A stretch of DNA of 30,844 nucleotides from the IMG/VR virus record IMGVR_UViG_3300022930_000025, positions 1-30,844 of that record; one strand, 5' to 3'. Shown piece after piece: positions 26,564 to 30,844 of the stretch. The notes under the pieces are model-generated. The model made no database searches. It had not been told where the DNA came from and worked only from the letters and a program-made list of their open reading frames with translations. The stretch comes from a virus. Lineage: Duplodnaviria; Caudoviricetes. Numbering within the stretch: the first letter of the stretch is position 1; each line of letters begins with the position of its first letter. The translations under genes were made by a program, and so were the position numbers.

Positions 26564-27481
26564 ATGTCAACAGAAAATCAGGCCGCACAAACGCCGGCAG
26601 TTAAAAAATTCCAAGAAAATACAGTTGATCAGGTTCTAAGAAAAGTTACTGCATTCGTAACTACAGGCGATCTGGTTCTGCCTCCAAACTACATCGCAGA
26701 AAACGCGGTACGCTCTGCATGGCTTGTTTTGCAAGAAACGGTAGATGCAAATAAGAAACCTGCTTTAGATGTTTGTACTATGGAAAGTGTCGCTAATGCG
26801 CTTTTAGAAATGGTTACCAAAGGTTTGAGCGTCGTTAAAAACCAATGCTATTTTGTTGTTTATGGAAATAAGCTTGTTTTAGAAGATGGTTATTTGGGTA
26901 AGATCACCCAGGCAAAAAGGGATGCAGGTGTAAAAGAGGTTAACCCCGTTACAATTTATGCAGATGATGTATTTGAATACGAGGTTGATGTAGAAACGGG
27001 CCGTAAAAAAGTTATTAAGCATGAGCAAAAGCTACAAAACATACAGCCAGATAAAATAGTAGGTGCGTACGCTATTGTTAATTATGTAGACGGCTCTAAA
27101 GATGTCGAGATTATGACAATGCAGCAGATACGCCAATCGTGGCAACAGGGCGGCTCTAAAGGCAACTCTCCTGCACACAGAAACTTTCCTGATCAAATGG
27201 CCGAAAAAACGGTTATCAATCGCTCATTAAAAATTGAGGTTGGAAGTTCTGATGATAGTGCAACAATTCCAAACCAGATTGAAAAAACAATACAGGAAAA
27301 CGCCAACACAACACCTTTGGGTTTTTCTAACCCACCATCAACACCGGCCAAAGAACCTATTGAAGAGGCGCAGATAGTAAAAGAAGATCCTATTTCAGAA
27401 CCTCAAAAATCAGCACTTCAGCCAAACGAGCTTTTTGATAAAAACGCCGCTCCAACTTTGGACGGACCAGGATTCGCTTAA
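26564..27481 (+). CDS. recT: RecT-family single-strand annealing recombinase
   Basis: SVANALL..GL..QCYFVVYG, GYLG, IVGAYA, MT..QI..W, DQMAEKTVINR motifs; acidic/Pro-rich tail ending in F. Confidence 0.9.
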   Translation: MSTENQAAQTPAVKKFQENTVDQVLRKVTAFVTTGDLVLPPNYIAENAVRSAWLVLQETVDANKKPALDVCTMESVANALLEMVTKGLSVVKNQCYFVVYGNKLVLEDGYLGKITQAKRDAGVKEVNPVTIYADDVFEYEVDVETGRKKVIKHEQKLQNIQPDKIVGAYAIVNYVDGSKDVEIMTMQQIRQSWQQGGSKGNSPAHRNFPDQMAEKTVINRSLKIEVGSSDDSATIPNQIEKTIQENANTTPLGFSNPPSTPAKEPIEEAQIVKEDPISEPQKSALQPNELFDKNAAPTLDGPGFA

Positions 27482-27482
27482 C

Positions 27483-28247
27483 TTGCTGTTAACGGTATTG
27501 GATAGCGGAAGCCAGGGCAACTGCTATCTATTTGAGGCAAAAGAAGAAACCTTAATCATTGAGTTGGGTATAAATTTTAAGAACACCCTAAAAGGGCTTA
27601 ATTTTGATCTAACAAAAGTCGTTGGCGCTCTGGTATCTCACGAACACCAGGACCATTGCAAAGGCGTTAAGGATGCTTTGAAAATGGGTGTCGATGTTTA
27701 TATGAGCAAAGGCACCCATAAAGGTTTGAATAATTACGAAACCAGAAACAACAGAAGAGAGATAGAAAGTAATTTGATCAAATATATTTCGCATGGCAAA
27801 GAGTTTAGTTTGGGTAAATTTCGAATTATGCCTTTTAACGTAAAACATGATGTAATAGAACCTTTGGGGTTTTTGATCAACCATCCCGATTCTGGTACAA
27901 CTATGTTTATTACAGATAGCTACTATTGTGAGTATAAATTTGAAAACCTTGATAATATAATTATTGAGGCAAATTATTCTGATGAAATAATAGAGCAGCA
28001 TGTTTTTAACGGAAAACTGCCAAGTTACAGGTATGATAGAACTATTACCTCTCACATGAGCTTAAAAACATGTAAAATGTTTCTTGCCGCAAACGATCTT
28101 AAGCGCTGCAGAAATATTTTATTAATACATTTGAGCGATTCAAATAGCAACGCTGTACAGTTTCAAAAAGAAGTGGCAGAATGTACGGGCAAAAACGTTG
28201 TTATAGCATCAAAAGGAATATCAGTAAGTTTTGGACACCCTTTTTAA
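27483..28247 (+). CDS. MBL-fold metallohydrolase (YycJ/WalJ-like, putative 5'-3' exonuclease)
   Basis: SGSQGNCY, HEHQDH (HxHxDH), HD, TD, IEANY, HMS, HLS motifs; likely TTG start at 27483 right after the recT stop. Confidence 0.85.
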   Translation: MLLTVLDSGSQGNCYLFEAKEETLIIELGINFKNTLKGLNFDLTKVVGALVSHEHQDHCKGVKDALKMGVDVYMSKGTHKGLNNYETRNNRREIESNLIKYISHGKEFSLGKFRIMPFNVKHDVIEPLGFLINHPDSGTTMFITDSYYCEYKFENLDNIIIEANYSDEIIEQHVFNGKLPSYRYDRTITSHMSLKTCKMFLAANDLKRCRNILLIHLSDSNSNAVQFQKEVAECTGKNVVIASKGISVSFGHPF

Positions 28248-28257
28248 ATTCAATACA

Positions 28258-28713
28258 ATGACAAAGAAAACAATTAACGGTATAGTTTATATCATACCAG
28301 AAAACCTATCTACTTTTGATATAAAAATTAGAGAATCATCAAATGTGGCATTTTTTGGCTTCAATGAAGCTAAACAGCTTTTTGTACAGTTCAAGAGCAA
28401 AGCAAGCTATATTTATGAAGATTTAACAGATGATCATATAGCTATGGTAAATGATGAAAACGAAAGTATAGGTAAATTCGTTGCCAACATTCTAACTAAA
28501 AATTACCATGGCAGAAGAGTGTTAGATTTTATTACCATGGGTAACCCTACTGTTTTGGTTAAAGATGATTTTTACGGACCAAAGAAAAACCTATTAGCTA
28601 AAAAACATCAAGAATTAGAAGTAGTTGGAAGATCAGGCGAAAATCTTATAGTAGTTGATAAGTCTGGTAATACTTTCGGTATTGCAGAAAACCAGACAAT
28701 GAAGCGCAAGTAA
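28258..28713 (+). CDS. KTSC-domain protein with an extra C-terminal domain
   Basis: SSNVAFFGF..LFVQFK..SYIY..SIGKFV pattern of KTSC domains; ATG at 28258. Confidence 0.7.
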   Translation: MTKKTINGIVYIIPENLSTFDIKIRESSNVAFFGFNEAKQLFVQFKSKASYIYEDLTDDHIAMVNDENESIGKFVANILTKNYHGRRVLDFITMGNPTVLVKDDFYGPKKNLLAKKHQELEVVGRSGENLIVVDKSGNTFGIAENQTMKRK

Positions 28714-28742
28714 TTAATTTTTTAAACAATAATTATAGTAAA

Positions 28743-29273
28743 ATGAAACAATTTATCGGAACGGGTCGAGAAACCCCTAAAGAAATTTTAGAAATTCTGC
28801 AAGCCAATGCTGATGATACCGGCGAAGAGAATTTTGTAAGGCCTTATGCTGATGACCAGATGAAAAAGGTTGAGCAGGAATTTTTATCAGGTCAAAAGGA
28901 GTTTAAAAAGCTTCAGAACAAAATAAACAAGCTCAAAAAAGAGTATTCAGGTAGAATGAAACCCTTGAAGGAAAATAACGATCAGTTATTGACCAATATT
29001 GAGCTTAAAGGCGAAATGGTATTGGAAGAGGTTTTTTATTTTACTGATTTTGCAGAAGGAAAAGTGGGTACCTATGATAATAGGGGCAATCTTATTTCTG
29101 AACGTGCTGCTTTACCATCGGAGCTTAAAAAAAGTGCTAACATTTTCCAGATGTCACCACCAGCAGAAGAGAAGTTTTTCAACCCTAATAAGTTTATCGA
29201 AAGTGCAGCAAATGGTACGGAAGATACCGAAAGCTTTAGGGTTATCGATAACGACGACGAACAGCCAATTTAA
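28743..29273 (+). CDS. Conserved hypothetical phage protein (coiled coil plus beta hairpin)
   Basis: 176 aa; MKPLK, GTYDNRGNLISER motifs; intact ORF in the operon. Confidence 0.75.
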   Translation: MKQFIGTGRETPKEILEILQANADDTGEENFVRPYADDQMKKVEQEFLSGQKEFKKLQNKINKLKKEYSGRMKPLKENNDQLLTNIELKGEMVLEEVFYFTDFAEGKVGTYDNRGNLISERAALPSELKKSANIFQMSPPAEEKFFNPNKFIESAANGTEDTESFRVIDNDDEQPI

Positions 29274-29298
29274 TTTTTAACTTTACAATTTTATAACA

Positions 29299-30090
29299 AT
29301 GGAAAAAGACCAAGAAAAAGAAATCGCAGAAACTAAGATTTTAAAAGAAGTTTCAAAAGGTATAGCTAGAGAGTTTTTTGATCCAGAAAACCAAGCTAAA
29401 GAACATGTTTTGGTTATTAGGCATGACCAGCCAAAGCAGGAATTGGAGCTTAGAGAGCGAAAGCACTTTACCGCAACAGGTGTAATAGATACGGTTACAC
29501 GTTATCTTGAAAAAAGAGCGCATTTAATCGATCATTTCAATACTACTGTTTTTGTAGATAGAGATAAAATGACCATTGGAATGCAATCTAACGAAACCGA
29601 TCATTGGGGCGATAAAATAACAGGTTCGCTAGAAGTTCACCCAGATTTTAGAAAGTTTAAAATTAATACAGGTGTCCAAATGAGTACTTTGGCGTGGGGT
29701 GATTTTTTCAGGATGCACCGTGCATTTTTTGTTTCTGCAGAAGTTAACATGAGTTTGGTTGCTATTCTAAAGAAATTCGAGGGTAAGATAGATACAACCG
29801 TAGCAGAACAGCAGGAGAATAACGGTAACCGTAAAAACCTTAGAGAACTCGTTGTTTCACATAATATACCAGCTGCTTTTCAATTGAAAATAGGCTTGTT
29901 CAAAGGTTTGGAACCAAAGCTTGTTGAGGTTGAGACAAAAATAGTTGTTGGTCCAAGTGGTGAAATTCTTTGTTCATTGGAAAGTCCAGAGGCACAAGAG
30001 ATCATAGAGCGTTACAAAAACGATATATTTGATCAAGAGATAGGATTAATTAATAAATTAGCGCCAAACATTTTAATTATTGAGCAATAA
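29299..30090 (+). CDS. Conserved hypothetical phage protein (tentatively DUF2303/YfdQ-like)
   Basis: 263 aa; LEVHPDF and IPAAFQLKIGLFKG motifs; family call is from recall and tentative. Confidence 0.6.
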   Translation: MEKDQEKEIAETKILKEVSKGIAREFFDPENQAKEHVLVIRHDQPKQELELRERKHFTATGVIDTVTRYLEKRAHLIDHFNTTVFVDRDKMTIGMQSNETDHWGDKITGSLEVHPDFRKFKINTGVQMSTLAWGDFFRMHRAFFVSAEVNMSLVAILKKFEGKIDTTVAEQQENNGNRKNLRELVVSHNIPAAFQLKIGLFKGLEPKLVEVETKIVVGPSGEILCSLESPEAQEIIERYKNDIFDQEIGLINKLAPNILIIEQ

Positions 30091-30118
30091 TTAGCTAAAT
30101 TCGAGCAATAAACACTAG

Positions 30119-30143
30119 AAAGGGGTGTAAAAGCCCCTTTTTT
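30119..30143 (+). terminator. Intrinsic terminator immediately before the initiator gene
   Basis: AAAGGGG-TGTAAAAG-CCCCTTT plus T-run. Confidence 0.75.
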
Positions 30144-30158
30144 ATTTATAAAGCAAAC

Positions 30159-30844
30159 ATGGCATTAAGAAACCAACCCTATCTACCTTTATTTGTACAG
30201 GACTTTCTTACAGATGAAAAACTAATGGAATGCTCCGCATCTTCAGTTGGTGTCTACATAAAATTATTGTGCATTCTGCACAAACAAAACGATTACGGCG
30301 CGATGTCCCTTAAGGACCGAGACAGAAAGTCTGAAAACATTCTTAACGATTTTGCAGTTAAAATTGCCAAGTTTTTACCATGGAATGATGATGTTGTTTT
30401 TATAGCACTTGATGAGCTTGTAGCTGAAAATGTACTTACTATTGATGGTGATAGGTTGCTGCAAAAAAGAATGCACAAAGACGGCGCTATTAGCGATGCC
30501 AGGAGTAAAGCAGGTAAAAAAGGTGGTGATATGTCCAAGCTAAAAAAAGAATGCCTAGACGGCGAAGATTTACCAGAAGATAAAGAGGTTGTAACTGATG
30601 CAGATCAGGATGAATATGTTAATGCGCTTGTAGAACATTATGGTTTTAGTGAAATGAAATACATAAACCAACAAAGATCAATTTTCAATTTTGTAAAACT
30701 TCTTAGATTTAACGGTCAACTTTCACATTTTGCCGATCAGTTCAAAAACTACCATTTATACAAAGAAGCTTCAAAAGAGCAAAAACACAGCTTTAAGTCA
30801 TTTATTGGCACTTCAGCAGAAAAGTTTCAGGATGGTCTTTGGAA
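30159..30844 (+). CDS. Phage replication initiator/replisome organizer (DUF1376/YdaU-like N-terminus), truncated at the window edge
   Basis: Not in ORF track; MALRNQPYLPLFVQDFLTDEKLMECSASSVGVYIKLLCILHK...QKRMHKD...RSKAGKKGG, open to the window end. Confidence 0.8.
   Translation, partial: MALRNQPYLPLFVQDFLTDEKLMECSASSVGVYIKLLCILHKQNDYGAMSLKDRDRKSENILNDFAVKIAKFLPWNDDVVFIALDELVAENVLTIDGDRLLQKRMHKDGAISDARSKAGKKGGDMSKLKKECLDGEDLPEDKEVVTDADQDEYVNALVEHYGFSEMKYINQQRSIFNFVKLLRFNGQLSHFADQFKNYHLYKEASKEQKHSFKSFIGTSAEKFQDGLW

Larger units (their letters stand above)
1..30844. mobile_element. Bacteroidota-infecting siphovirus-type phage/prophage segment (no host genes or boundaries visible)
   Basis: Colinear capsid, neck, tail, tape measure, lysis and RecT/initiator modules; no tail sheath gene; Bacteroidota-type promoters; no att site or integrase in the window. 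Confidence 0.95.

Noticed and set aside
388-30538. Antisense and alternate-frame ORFs in the track (e.g. 388-570, 2483-2713, 4580-4873, 12289-12741, 14425-14865, 23389-23817, 24757-25422, 27609-28055, 28999-29280, 30293-30538)
   Set aside because: They are shadows of well-supported genes, with no motifs or expression signals of their own
1-30844. Alternative genetic code, tRNA genes, introns or inteins
   Set aside because: Long genes are intact under the standard code with normal sizes; no cloverleaf, splicing or homing-endonuclease motifs seen
1-30844. Calling the lifestyle (temperate, lytic or plasmid-phage) or host genus
   Set aside because: No integrase, repressor, partition or protelomerase gene and no host flank in the window; the evidence supports only a phylum-level host

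Overview
The window is part of an AT-rich tailed (siphovirus-type) phage or prophage of a Bacteroidota host. The host assignment rests on TTTG-N19-TAnnTTTG promoters, starts without a Shine-Dalgarno sequence, and Bacteroidota-type lipoproteins. Left to right it holds: two divergent operons of small hypothetical genes, the rightward one ending in an orphan amino-DNA methyltransferase (1-3821); a ~280-bp non-coding iteron array (3822-4100); a head-neck-tail module (4212-21953) interrupted by a reverse-oriented lipoprotein gene; a lysis cassette with a TIGR02594-type hydrolase and a probable unimolecular spanin (21954-24022); a second reverse-oriented orphan gene; and a recombination/replication operon (SbcC-like ATPase, RecT, MBL-fold nuclease, KTSC protein, two conserved hypotheticals, truncated replication initiator). 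No terminase, portal, integrase or repressor is visible. The most striking observation is that the intergenic iteron array reads, in closed frames, like the iteron-encoded linker normally found inside phage initiator genes (KQNLSKSPSKTQANSEYEYEY), while the visible part of the initiator gene 26 kb away has no such iterons. This suggests an origin separated from its initiator gene and placed in front of the structural operon. Other notable signals are a 19-bp perfect inverted repeat inside a CDS, a shared TTGCATWWATCAA operator-like box over several promoters, a probably leaderless lipoprotein gene, a four-fold ~107-aa repeat in the tape measure protein, and a displaced tandem Dit gene. All family assignments come from motif recognition and recall; no searches were run.
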